61,274 nucleotides of DNA from Thermoproteota archaeon (GCA_029258835.1 JAPDJY010000012.1:1-61274); one strand, 5' to 3'. Numbered from the stretch's first letter, positions 42,806 through 52,306 are shown. Made by a program: numbers and translations. Notes: a model not told the origin generated them from the sequence alone.

Positions 42806-43946
42806 CCTGTTTAGATGCTAAGCTCACATAGGAGATCATGGGGACCTCACTAAATCCTTTAAGTGACGGGCGGATTGGATACCTTATGAAAACTAGGCGT
42901 TTAGCAGGACCAGGGACGCTTCCCGTGAGGATCACATAATCTCCCTTTATCAACCCGTACCTTAGGAATCCGCCCTTAGGGTTTATGTCCTCCCCCTCAT
43001 TCTTAACGTTGCCTATCTTTAGAATGTACTTGTTGTACTCTGTTCTTTGGTGGTAGCCCATCTGCCCTGCACGCGGTGTAGTGTATGGTACTCTTGCTGG
43101 ATGCCAGGCTCCAATCGCTCCAACGCCACGCTTGGTCTTTCTAGACTTGTGCTGTAGGATCCGCACACCCCACCGCTTCACAGGACCCTGGAACCCTTTA
43201 CCTTTCGTTACCGCTATAACGTCTACGTAGCTCCCTTCCTTTAGCACGTCTCGTACCTCAACGGTACTTGTAGCCTGGAGGTCCCCCTCTCCGTTCCCGA
43301 TTCGTTCTAGGGCATACCCGTATAATTCATCTCCAAGAAACCTTAAAGCATATAGTAACTCCTCTTTAACGTCGCCGCCACCAACCTTTACCTCTAATAT
43401 CTCCGGCTTCTTTTTAGGCACAGCTGCCATACGGGGCTGAGTGTGGAGTAGAACGCGAACCTCGCTTATACGACCCAAATCCCCTATTAGGGAATCAAGG
43501 TTCCTCTTAAACTTTGCCAGCCTTTCATCAACGTTCTGTTCAAAAACCTTCCTGCATGATATTTTTCTAGCTAAATCCTTCGAGAGCTCCGGCGTCCAAA
43601 CCTCAGTTAAAGTCCTTAAGCCATATGGAGTAGACTCATAAACCCTTACCCCGAAAACACGTACAGGAGGCGTTTCCACAACGGTTACCGGCATTGCAAG
43701 TTCTTTCCCGTAATAAGGACTAGTTTTTCTGTTATCAACTAATATGACGTGGGTCATTCCCGCCTTGTACCCTGGAATGCCTAGTAGTGTAGGTGGCCCA
43801 GCATAGTCCGGCCAACTTCTAATACGTGGTACGGGACGCCTCGCCCTACCCCTTGGAAGGTAGGCTAAGCTCCCTCTTTTCGGTGCATGATATTTCCTAT
43901 GACCCATAGTAAACCACCTGTCAGTTTTAGAATAACAATGTAACAA
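42798..43946 (-). CDS. rpl3: Ribosomal protein uL3
   Basis: APKRGSLAYLPR, GYKAGMTH, TKGKGFQGPVKRWG, AGQMGYHQRTE; start likely MGHRK at 43907. Confidence 0.97.
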   Translation of the reverse strand: MLHCYSKTDRWFTMGHRKYHAPKRGSLAYLPRGRARRPVPRIRSWPDYAGPPTLLGIPGYKAGMTHVILVDNRKTSPYYGKELAMPVTVVETPPVRVFGVRVYESTPYGLRTLTEVWTPELSKDLARKISCRKVFEQNVDERLAKFKRNLDSLIGDLGRISEVRVLLHTQPRMAAVPKKKPEILEVKVGGGDVKEELLYALRFLGDELYGYALERIGNGEGDLQATSTVEVRDVLKEGSYVDVIAVTKGKGFQGPVKRWGVRILQHKSRKTKRGVGAIGAWHPARVPYTTPRAGQMGYHQRTEYNKYILKIGNVKNEGEDINPKGGFLRYGLIKGDYVILTGSVPGPAKRLVFIRYPIRPSLKGFSEVPMISYVSLASKQGV

Positions 43947-44010
43947 TCACGTACTAGGATACGAGGAGGAGATAAGGTTTTAAATTTATTCGCCTATCTC
44001 AGCTCTCCTC

Positions 44011-44751
44011 TCAGCGCTTTTTACCTTTCTTCCGTCCAGTGCTACGTGCCGCTATTAGTCCTACTTTTGCTCCAGGAGGCGCATTTCTAGATACGGCTGT
44101 CGGCCCTCCAGGATGTTGATGGCTTCCTCCTCCGTGGGGGTGTGAAACAGGGTTCATAGCAACTCCCCTAACCTTAGGCCACTTCCAACCTTTAGCTTTA
44201 GCGAGGTGATACTTGTTTCCTGCTTTGACGAACGGCTTATCGATCCGCCCACCGCCGGCAACAACCCCTATGGTCGCTCTGCATTCAGGATTAAACGCCC
44301 TGACCTTCTTTGATGGAAGGAGAACTAGCGTTTTTTCCGGTGTGTGCGAGAGGATCGTCGCGTAAGCGCCAGAGGAGCGCACGAATTTCCCGCCGTCCCC
44401 TGGCACGCTTTCTATGTTAAAAATAGGCGTGCCTTCAGGTATGTTTTTTAACGGAAGCGTGTTGCCTATTTTTAATGAGGCGCCAGGGCCATACTCTACT
44501 TCTTGGCCGACCGAAACCCCTTCAGGGGCGAGCATGAGCTGCTCTATCCCATCTTCAAACACAACTTTAGCAAGAGGCGCCCCTCTACCTGGATCATGTA
44601 GCAACGTAATAACTTTTCCACGTAAAACTGTAACATCGCCTAGGGTTCTATGTTTGACGACTCCTCTACGCCTATGAGTTGGCGCTGTAAACGTAGGGCT
44701 TCCTCTACCCCGCCTTTGGACAAGGATCCTTTTACCCATTTCTGCCACCAA
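44011..44751 (-). CDS. rpl2: Ribosomal protein uL2
   Basis: [36 protein letters not shown]. Confidence 0.97.
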   Translation of the reverse strand: MVAEMGKRILVQRRGRGSPTFTAPTHRRRGVVKHRTLGDVTVLRGKVITLLHDPGRGAPLAKVVFEDGIEQLMLAPEGVSVGQEVEYGPGASLKIGNTLPLKNIPEGTPIFNIESVPGDGGKFVRSSGAYATILSHTPEKTLVLLPSKKVRAFNPECRATIGVVAGGGRIDKPFVKAGNKYHLAKAKGWKWPKVRGVAMNPVSHPHGGGSHQHPGGPTAVSRNAPPGAKVGLIAARSTGRKKGKKR

Positions 44752-44951
44752 TCACTGTTCCTTCTGTAAGATTAAAAGCATTTTTAGCAAGGAGAGTGGT
44801 ACATGACTGCTACGTAATATCCTTTTAAAAACTTTTCTTGGCTCGGTTCTGTTGCGTTTATGGGTGTTGGGAGATAAAGTGTTTAGGTTTTTCTGGTGTT
44901 GCGCCTTCGGGAGACATGTTTAAAAATTGTCTTGGCATTATAGGGTATTAT

Positions 44952-45085
44952 ATGTCTGAGGTCGATGGAAAGACGGCGGTGACCCTCCATAAATCGACCT
45001 TGAGAGGGCTGGCGGAGCTTAAGGTTCATCCTGGGCAAGCTATGAAGAGGCCATACTGAAGCTCCTAGAGGTGTATGAGGGGTGG
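44952..45085 (+). pseudogene. Small RHH/antitoxin-like DNA-binding protein, frameshifted
   Basis: MSEVDGKTAVTLHKSTLRGLAELKVHPGQ continues in another frame as SYEEAILKLLEVYE. Confidence 0.5.
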
Positions 45086-46334
45086 GAGCGGTCAAGGTGG
45101 TGAAAGCTGTTTCCATACCTTACCAGCCCTCGGAGGAGGTGATTAAACTACTGAAAGCCTTCAGGAGCATGGTTAACTACTGCGTCCACGTAGGGTTGGA
45201 GAGGGGGGTAAGCTCGAGTAGGCTTACAAGAGAGGTTTATCACAGGCTGATGGAATATGATCATAGCTGGTACGTTCTCTCAGCAGTCGAGGTGGCTACG
45301 GCAATCCTCAAGAATCACAGGAAAGCTAAGAGGAGAAATCCGAATGTTAAGGTTCCTAGAGGCAGAAAGCTCGTGGCTAAGACCGGAAAGCAAGCAGTTA
45401 AAGTAGCCGACGGGGTGTTGGGAATACCCTTAAAGCCTAGACAATACATCTGTATACAGCTCCATAAGAGAGCTAAAAGTCTCCTACGAGAATATGGGGT
45501 TTGCTCGGTAACTCTAACCTTGAAGGCCGTCCACGTAGCATTCTCCAAGACAGTCAGAGTGGAGGAGCCTAGAGGCTGGATAGCGGTAGACGTAAACGAG
45601 GACAACGTTACAGCCGTAAGCTCTGACGGTGAGGTTAAGGTCTTCGACCTCACCAGGTTGAAGGAGGCTGGTTACGGACACTTCGAAAGGAAAAGAAGGC
45701 TCCAACGGAGACACCATAAGGATAGGAGAGTGTTGAGGAAGGCTCTCTCAAAACTATCTGAGAACTATCGCAACAAAGTTTCTACTATGCTCCACCAGAC
45801 TTCTACAGCCATAGTGAAGTGGTGTAAAGAAAGAGGTTACGAACCCATCCATGAAGACATGAAAGGTCTAGGAAGAGCGTGAATAAGAAGTCTAAACGAG
45901 TTAATAGGTTCAACGGAAAGGTTCAAACAGTCTCTAAATGTTCCAAGAAGCTAAAAAGAAGGTTGAACAACTGGTAGTTCAGGAAGTTTCTAAATCAAAT
46001 ATCCTATAAATGCATATGGGAAGGTGTTAAAACCATCGAGAGCAAGCATACTAGAAACTCGTCCTCCACCTGCCCGATATGTGGGTTCAGGCTGAAGATC
46101 AGGCTGAAGAAATACCCGAATGGGCTGGTGGAATGCGGAAAACATGGTTTGATGAACAGGCATGTGGTAGCCTGCTTGAACCTACTCAGATGGGAGGGTG
46201 TGGTTCGCCCTCGACCACTCCTCGAATGTAGCTGTGAAGCGTCCCCTAACGAGGCTCCATTCGGGGCTGATGAGGAAAAGGCGTGGAGCAGAAGAGGAGA
46301 AGCTGCGTCTCCCAAATGCAACACTGAGGGGTAA
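45082..46334 (+). pseudogene. tnpB: TnpB-family RNA-guided nuclease, disrupted
   Basis: RuvC-I IAVDVNEDN, Ruv[11 protein letters not shown], frameshift about 45870, TAG at 45975-77, Zn finger SSTCPICG...ECGKHG, RuvC-III NRHVVACLNL. Confidence 0.88.
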
Positions 46335-46455
46335 CAGGCTCAGCCGTCACCCGCAGACGCAACAGAACCCTTGGCTCATCCTTCCCAAGGAAGCGTTAAA
46401 GGTTCCCAAGTCGTTCTTCTGTTAAACCCCCTTATGGCAAAGCATTTTAAGTTTA

Positions 46456-47436
46456 ATGGAAAGCTTTCAACTCGGTAAAAAAGCGATGGATGGTGAAGCT
46501 TTGCCTGTCGAGAAAGAGTTAGTTATAGTTGGCGGAGGCCCTGCAGGGCTCGCTGCCGCTCTCTACGCAGCCCGCCTCGGCCTCAACGCTGTGCTACTAG
46601 AAGCGAAGGTAGTGGGCGGCCAAGCCGCTGAGGCCGCGTTCATCGAAAACTATCCTGGATTTGAGCACATAAGAGGCATGGAACTCATAGATAAAATGCG
46701 TTCTCAGGTGGAAAAATTTGGGTGCGAAATAAGGGAAATGGAGCCTGTCAGGAAGATCGTAAAGGAAGATGGAAAATTAAGGGTTATAACAAGTTCTGAA
46801 GAGTACGTTGCGGACGCCGTGATAATTGCTTCTGGCAGAGAGAGAAAGAAGTTGGGTGCCCTAGGCGAAGAAGAGTTCAAAGGGCGTGGGGTGAGCTACT
46901 GTGCAACTTGTGATGCCCCCCTATACCGTGGAAAAAGGGTGGTGGTGGTTGGCGGAGGAAACACCGCTGCAAGTGAGGCCCTCTACCTCTCTGAAGTCGC
47001 CAAGGAAGTTCACTTAGTTCACAGGCGTGAGGACCTTAGAGCTGAGAAAGCTCTTAAGGAACGGCTTAAAGAGCGCGGTGTTATATTCCACTGGAACAGT
47101 GTTTTAAAGGCCATCGAGGGCGATCAACTGGTTAGGAGGGTTGTTCTTCAAAACTTGAAAACGGGTGAGGAAGAAAGTTTAAACGTAGACGGCGTTTTCA
47201 TAGCGATCGGCGAGATTCCATCAAGCAGATTGGCAGTAGACCTAGGAGTAAATGTTGACGAAGAAGGCTACATTTTAGTTGACCGGAAACAGATGACTAA
47301 TGTAGAAGGCGTCTTCGCTGCCGGCGATGTCACCGGCGGCGTAATGCAAGTTGCCACCGCAGTAGGGGAAGGAGCCGCAGCCGCCGTGAACGCTTACTTA
47401 TATATTCGTAAAGGATGGTATGGCGAGGGAAAGTAG
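46456..47436 (+). CDS. trxB: Thioredoxin reductase
   Basis: GGGPAGLAAA, GVSYCATCD, GGGNTA, HRR, FAAGDV. Confidence 0.95.
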   Translation: MESFQLGKKAMDGEALPVEKELVIVGGGPAGLAAALYAARLGLNAVLLEAKVVGGQAAEAAFIENYPGFEHIRGMELIDKMRSQVEKFGCEIREMEPVRKIVKEDGKLRVITSSEEYVADAVIIASGRERKKLGALGEEEFKGRGVSYCATCDAPLYRGKRVVVVGGGNTAASEALYLSEVAKEVHLVHRREDLRAEKALKERLKERGVIFHWNSVLKAIEGDQLVRRVVLQNLKTGEEESLNVDGVFIAIGEIPSSRLAVDLGVNVDEEGYILVDRKQMTNVEGVFAAGDVTGGVMQVATAVGEGAAAAVNAYLYIRKGWYGEGK

Positions 47437-48375
47437 CTATTCCCCCCAGTACGGCTTCTTAATATAATTATAAGCGCTTAGGGATGCCACAACCCCCTCA
47501 CCTATCGCTGTGGAGATTCGCATCACGCCGCCAGTTACATCCCCAGCTGCGAACAAGCCATTAATACTCGTTTCCTGCTTCCTATTCACCACCACTTCCC
47601 CTTTCTCGGAAAGTTTCACGCCTAGCTTTTTTAAGATCTCAGTTGCTGGCAGATAGCCAACACAAAAAATCACCTCGTCCACCTTGAAAACCCGCCTCTT
47701 CCTACTCTCAAGGTTATAAAGTAAGGCTTCTTCAAGCCTCTCTTCCCCTCTAAGTTCCTCCACAATCGTATTATACATCACATCAACTCGCCCTATCAGC
47801 CTCTCTATAAGCGCTTCATCAGCTCTTAACATGTCCCGTCTATGAACTAAATGTACCGAAGACGCTTTCTCGCTTGCCATTAACGCTGTTTCAACAGCGG
47901 TCTCTCCCCCTCCAACCACTATGACCTTCTTTCCGTCAACCTCTGAGGGATCACCAAGCATGTACCTTACACCCTTCCCCCTAAACATGGCCTCCCCCTT
48001 CACGCCAACGTGGGTACGTGGTTGCATGCCAAAAGCTATTATCACCGCCTTTGCAAGGTACTCGTCACCCTTATCGTCCTTTAAAACAAACCCACCACCC
48101 TCAAGAGGCGTAATTTCGGTAACCCTAGCATTACACTTGATTTCAACCCCAAACTTCCTTGCATGCTTCTCTAACATGCGGCCGATCTCCATCCCTGTTA
48201 TGCCCTCAGGGAATCCTATCAAATCGTCGACAATCTTATTAGCATAAACAAGCACCGGCTTCCCGCCGGCAGTCGAGGATGCCTCAAGAACCAACGTCCT
48301 AAGCTTCCTTCTAGCCGCAAACGTTGCAGCAGCAAGCCCTGCAGGTCCTGCTCCCACCACTATAACGTCGAACAC
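47437..48375 (-). CDS. TrxR-like FAD/NADPH oxidoreductase lacking CxxC (ferredoxin-NADP reductase type)
   Basis: GAGPAGLAAA, GVRYMLGD in place of YCATCD, GGGETA, HRR, FAAGDV. Confidence 0.85.
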   Translation of the reverse strand: MFDVIVVGAGPAGLAAATFAARRKLRTLVLEASSTAGGKPVLVYANKIVDDLIGFPEGITGMEIGRMLEKHARKFGVEIKCNARVTEITPLEGGGFVLKDDKGDEYLAKAVIIAFGMQPRTHVGVKGEAMFRGKGVRYMLGDPSEVDGKKVIVVGGGETAVETALMASEKASSVHLVHRRDMLRADEALIERLIGRVDVMYNTIVEELRGEERLEEALLYNLESRKRRVFKVDEVIFCVGYLPATEILKKLGVKLSEKGEVVVNRKQETSINGLFAAGDVTGGVMRISTAIGEGVVASLSAYNYIKKPYWGE

Positions 48376-48495
48376 AGGACATCCTCCAATACAAACTGTC
48401 AGGTAAAGTCTTAATAACCCTAGGGTTTTTAGTGATTTTTAATTCTAACTCCTTATAAATTTAAATTTAATACTAAAGCGGTTGGAGGGGTTTCT

Positions 48496-48906
48496 ATGGG
48501 TCCCGAAGTTATAGTTACAGTTGTAATCAGAGACGGAGGAAAATACTTACTTGTAAAGGAAGAAGATGGGTTCTGGGCTCTTCCTGGAGGTAAGGTTGAG
48601 AGAGGAGAGCTACTTGACGGTGCTGCAAGGCGTGAGGTGATCGAGGAAACAGGATATGACGTAGCCATTAAAGGTGTAATATGCGTATACCAGCCAACGA
48701 GCATCCCGAATGCTCCGGTGATATTCACTTTTAGAGGAGACGTGCAAGGTAGGGTAGGGAGAGGATTCCTAGAGCATGGGTGGTTCACAGCCAACGAGGT
48801 TGAAAATGTAGCCAGCTACCCGGAAACCACTGTTTTAATTAAGAAGGCTGACAGGTGGAGCGAGACGAAAGTGTATGATAATCTGAAAGTGTACCTAGAT
48901 TTTTGA
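48496..48906 (+). CDS. Nudix hydrolase
   Basis: GGKVERGE....AARREVIEETG Nudix box. Confidence 0.92.
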   Translation: MGPEVIVTVVIRDGGKYLLVKEEDGFWALPGGKVERGELLDGAARREVIEETGYDVAIKGVICVYQPTSIPNAPVIFTFRGDVQGRVGRGFLEHGWFTANEVENVASYPETTVLIKKADRWSETKVYDNLKVYLDF

Positions 48907-48952
48907 AGAGGAGAATTTATATCAGATTTTTCCCTTTTAGAAGGTAGCAACC

Positions 48953-50761
48953 ATGAACCTAAAAACTATAATTGGTTTGGGAGAGGCTGCAATGTCTGAT
49001 GAGTACGTTTTTAAGGTTGTTGTCATTGGGGATGGAGGGGTAGGAAAAACCAGCTTAATAATGCGTCTCACCGAAGACAAGTTCCTATCGGACTATAAGC
49101 CTACGCTAGGAACCGATTTTGCCTCGCATAAACTGGACATTGACGACTCTATCGTCACTCTTCAGCTTTGGGATTTAGGAGGGCAACCTAGCTTCGCACA
49201 CTTACGCTCTTTTTTCTATACCGGAGCGAGGGGAGGAGTAATAGTTTTCGATTTAACCAATGTCAGATCCTTTGAGAACGTCGAGAAATGGTATAGGGAG
49301 CTTGTAAGCGTCTGTGGCGAAGTTCCCATAATCTTAGTTGGTAACAAGCACGACCTAATCGATCAGCGCCGCGTCCCAAAGCATGAGGCAGAACAGGTTG
49401 CTAGGAAAATCGGTGCAATCTACTTTGAAACCAGCGCAAAAACCAGATACATGGTTAATGAGGCGTTCACAGCCATCGCCCGTCTGCTGCTTGGAGTCAA
49501 GGAAAAGCAGAAAGTAATAGCTCCATTAGAAGTCACGCCAGAAGTAAAAAAGAGGCTCTTAGACCTCATAGATGAAAGCAGAGAGTACGCTGTTGACCTC
49601 CTGCGAGACCTCATCTCCGCTCAATCAGTTAACCCTCCCGGATTTGAGAGGCAAGCTGCAGAAATAGTATTAGGTGAACTCTACAGAATAGGCGCCCAGA
49701 CCGAACTCCACGAAAAAGAAGAGAACAGGACGAACGTTATAGGGAAGCTTGGAGAAGGCAGCCCAAAAGTAATTTTAACCGCCCACCTTGACGTTGTCCC
49801 CCCTGGGGAGGGGTGGATCTACCCTCCCTTCAGGGCGACAGTTAAAGAAGGCTACGTGATAGGTAGAGGAAGCGTAGACGCTAAGGGCTCACTAACCTCG
49901 ATGCTTCTAGCCCTCCACGCAATTAAAAAGCTAAACATTCAGCTTTACGGGACTGTAATGCTCGTGGCAACCGCCGACGAGGAGATGGCGGGAGAGCTGG
50001 GGATGAGGTACCTGCTTAGAGACCTAAATTTGACGGCTGACTACGCAATAGTTGGAGGGCAAACGAGAAGCTGTAAAATAGGCGTTGCAGAGAGAGGACT
50101 CCTCTGGATTAAAGCCACATGCAGAGGGAAAGCTGCACATGGAGGCACGCCGTTCAAAGGCGTTAACGCCATACAGGGACTAATCAAACTACTAGAAAAC
50201 CTGTCAAAGGTCGAGTTCGACGTCCCCCCCCACCCCCTCATGGGAGAGGTGACGATGAACATAGGAACACTGCGTGGGGGGACGGGGGTAAACGTGGTTC
50301 CAGACGTAGCAGAGGCAACAATAGACATAAGATACACACCACACATAACCAAGGAGGAAATAATCAACAAACTAACTGAAATAGCAAAGAAAACAGAAGA
50401 AGGGGCTAAAGGCATCGAAATAAACCTTGAAATAATCCTTTCAGAGCCGCCAACAGAAGTACCTGCAGACCACCCGTTAGTCCAAACAATCAGGAAAAAC
50501 ATAAAAGAAGTGGTCGGCGAAGAGCCGGAACTAATAGGAGGAAAAGAATCCACATCCGCCAAAATATGCATACTCCACGGGATCCCAGCAGTATTCTTCG
50601 GCCCAGGAGAAGAAGAACAAAGACATGAGGCAAACGAGAAGGTACCTATCGACGAACTCATAACAGCAGCAAAAATATATGCGCTAACCATACTGGACTT
50701 ACTCTCCCTTCCAAACAACAAAAAACAAAATCAAAAAGAAGAACGGCACCTCTCAACTTAG
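48953..50761 (+). CDS. Rab-like small GTPase fused to M20 (ArgE/DapE-like) metallohydrolase
   Basis: GDGGVGKT, PTLG, WDLGGQ, GNKHD, ETSAK; then HLDVVP, GRGSVDAKG, ADEE, AAHGG.P..GVNAI, QRHEANE in one open frame. Confidence 0.88.
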   Translation: MNLKTIIGLGEAAMSDEYVFKVVVIGDGGVGKTSLIMRLTEDKFLSDYKPTLGTDFASHKLDIDDSIVTLQLWDLGGQPSFAHLRSFFYTGARGGVIVFDLTNVRSFENVEKWYRELVSVCGEVPIILVGNKHDLIDQRRVPKHEAEQVARKIGAIYFETSAKTRYMVNEAFTAIARLLLGVKEKQKVIAPLEVTPEVKKRLLDLIDESREYAVDLLRDLISAQSVNPPGFERQAAEIVLGELYRIGAQTELHEKEENRTNVIGKLGEGSPKVILTAHLDVVPPGEGWIYPPFRATVKEGYVIGRGSVDAKGSLTSMLLALHAIKKLNIQLYGTVMLVATADEEMAGELGMRYLLRDLNLTADYAIVGGQTRSCKIGVAERGLLWIKATCRGKAAHGGTPFKGVNAIQGLIKLLENLSKVEFDVPPHPLMGEVTMNIGTLRGGTGVNVVPDVAEATIDIRYTPHITKEEIINKLTEIAKKTEEGAKGIEINLEIILSEPPTEVPADHPLVQTIRKNIKEVVGEEPELIGGKESTSAKICILHGIPAVFFGPGEEEQRHEANEKVPIDELITAAKIYALTILDLLSLPNNKKQNQKEERHLST

Positions 50762-50859
50762 CCTCCAAGGAACAATCAGCATTTCAAACACTGAACTCTC
50801 ACTCCACATCCAGTCTTACTAAAAGCTGCTTCCCTAACCAAATGGGTGGAAATGAGATG

Positions 50860-51021
50860 TGGTGCGGGGGGTGGGATTTCTGGGCCGAGTGGACGTGAAC
50901 CCACGAACCCTTCCGCATCCTTTCTACGGGACCGGATCTTAAGTCCGGTGTTCTCTTAAACAAGTCCGGCGCCTCTGGTCTGACCCCTTTTCCCTAACTT
51001 GACCAGCTCGGCAACCCCCGC
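50860..51021 (-). tRNA. tRNA-Leu(TAA) with four introns (50975-50998, 50943-50963, 50911-50923, 50880-50896)
   Basis: Removing four BHB-flanked inserts gives canonical GCGGGGGTTGCCGAGCTGGTCAAAGGCGCCGGACTTAAGATCCGGTCCCGTAGGGGTTCGTGGGTTCAAATCCCACCCCCCGCACCA. Confidence 0.88.
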
Positions 51022-51158
51022 ACTCTACACGAAAAATGCATTTAACACAATATAACCTTAACGCAAAGCTATAATCCACGCATCCACCACCTGAAAACAG
51101 CATCTTCCTCAAAAATAAAAAACATTTTATATGCTTTTTTCCCTCTTAAGGGATGGAG

Positions 51159-51262
51159 GCCCCGGTTTAGCGCCCCGGTGCCTGACCGGCGGGAAAGCTT
51201 AGCTTGGTTAGAGCGTCTCACTGGTAATGAGAAGATCCCGGGTTCGAATCCCGGCCGGGGCT
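51159..51262 (+). tRNA. tRNA-Thr(GGT) with intron at 8/9 (5' end 51159 or 51172; intron ends 51195)
   Basis: GCCCCGGT|AGCTTAGCTTGGTTAGAGCGTCTCACTGGTAATGAGAAGATCCCGGGTTCGAATCCCGGCCGGGGCT; BHB central helix CCCG/CGGG. Confidence 0.85.
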
Positions 51263-51341
51263 TCCAACATTTAAAAATTGGCTTTCCATCTCTTCGATGC
51301 TCCTCTCTATTTTTTCGCTCACGTGCGGATTTTACTGGTAG

Positions 51342-52058
51342 GTGGAGGGCCCCGGATTGGAGGATGAAAAAAGGCTGGCAGCGTTAACTGCCGTTAAACA
51401 CGTTAAGGACGGCATGGTCATAGGTGTCGGGTCAGGGTCGACGGTGGCCTTGTTCATCGAAGCATTAGCTAACGTGGTGAGGGAGCAAGACCTATGCGTT
51501 CAATGTGTTCCAACCTCTTACCAGTCAGCCCTTCTCCTAGCGAACCATAAAATCCCGTTAACGTCTCTTACCGAGCATCCAATCCTCGACCTAGCAGTAG
51601 ACGGCGCAGACGAGGTAGACCCCAACTTGAACCTGATTAAAGGCATGGGAGGCGCGCTAACCCAAGAAAAAATAGTTGCGTCGTCCGCTAAGACGCTGGT
51701 GATCATAGTTGACAGCTCTAAGCTCGTTGAAATCCTCGGCTATAAAACACCTCTTCCCGTGGAAGTTATACCCTTAGCCTGGAGAACGGTTGCAAACAAG
51801 CTGGAGCTCCTCGGAGCGAAAGTGGAGCTTCGCTCTGGAAGCGGAAAGGTAGGGCCAGTAGTAACAGACAACGGCAACTTCATATTAGACGCAAAGTTCC
51901 CAATAATAGAAAATCCAGAAAAACTAGAGAAGGAAATCAATAACATACCCGGAGTAGTTGAAAACGGCCTTTTCGTAAAAATGGCAAAACTAGTCTACGT
52001 TGGACAGGGAAAGAGCGTTAAAAAATTTGAAGCGAAAAATAAACGTAACCCACCTTAA
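51342..52058 (+). CDS. rpiA: Ribose-5-phosphate isomerase A
   Basis: GVGSGST, DGADEVD, KGMGGAL..EK, TDNGNFILD, PGVVENGLF. Confidence 0.96.
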   Translation: MEGPGLEDEKRLAALTAVKHVKDGMVIGVGSGSTVALFIEALANVVREQDLCVQCVPTSYQSALLLANHKIPLTSLTEHPILDLAVDGADEVDPNLNLIKGMGGALTQEKIVASSAKTLVIIVDSSKLVEILGYKTPLPVEVIPLAWRTVANKLELLGAKVELRSGSGKVGPVVTDNGNFILDAKFPIIENPEKLEKEINNIPGVVENGLFVKMAKLVYVGQGKSVKKFEAKNKRNPP

Positions 52059-52128
52059 CCCCTCCACATCCGCAACGGTCCTTCAACGGAAAAGGAAAAT
52101 AAGGGCTAAAGGAAAATAAGGGTTTAAG

Positions 52129-52245
52129 TGGCGGGCCCGCAGGGATTCGAACCCTGGACACCCGGCTTACGCCACCTTACAACTTAACCGACGTTTAGGA
52201 GGCCGGTGCCCTCTCAGGCAGTAATCCTGGCTAGGCCACGGGCCC
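52129..52245 (-). tRNA. tRNA-Arg(CCT) with two introns (11 nt D-loop 52213-52223; 28 nt at 37/38 52168-52195)
   Basis: Mature GGGCCCGTGGCCTAGCCAGGATAGGGCACCGGCCTCCTAAGCCGG...GCCA; BHB helices CAGG/CCTG and CTCC/GGCG. Confidence 0.87.
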
Positions 52246-52306
52246 CAAATAAACTATTAAAGTAATATGCTTTTAAAATTTTTTAATTCGCTCATTAAAA
52301 TCAGGG

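Larger units (their letters stand above)
44845..46369 (+). mobile_element. Non-autonomous element with IS6-type TIRs carrying TnpB
   Basis: TIRs GGTTCTGTTGCGTTTATGGGTG / CACCCGCAGACGCAACAGAACC (19/22 match); 8-bp TSD CTTGGCTC at 44837-44844 and 46370-46377. Confidence 0.88.

Noticed and set aside
50041-50721. 226-aa antisense ORF and similar antisense ORFs over housekeeping genes
   Set aside because: Ser/Thr/Pro-rich mirror frames of well-supported genes
52091-52122. 15-bp tandem repeat AAAGGAAAATAAGGG
   Set aside because: Only two copies; reads as a pyrimidine-rich terminator region of tRNA-Arg, not CRISPR
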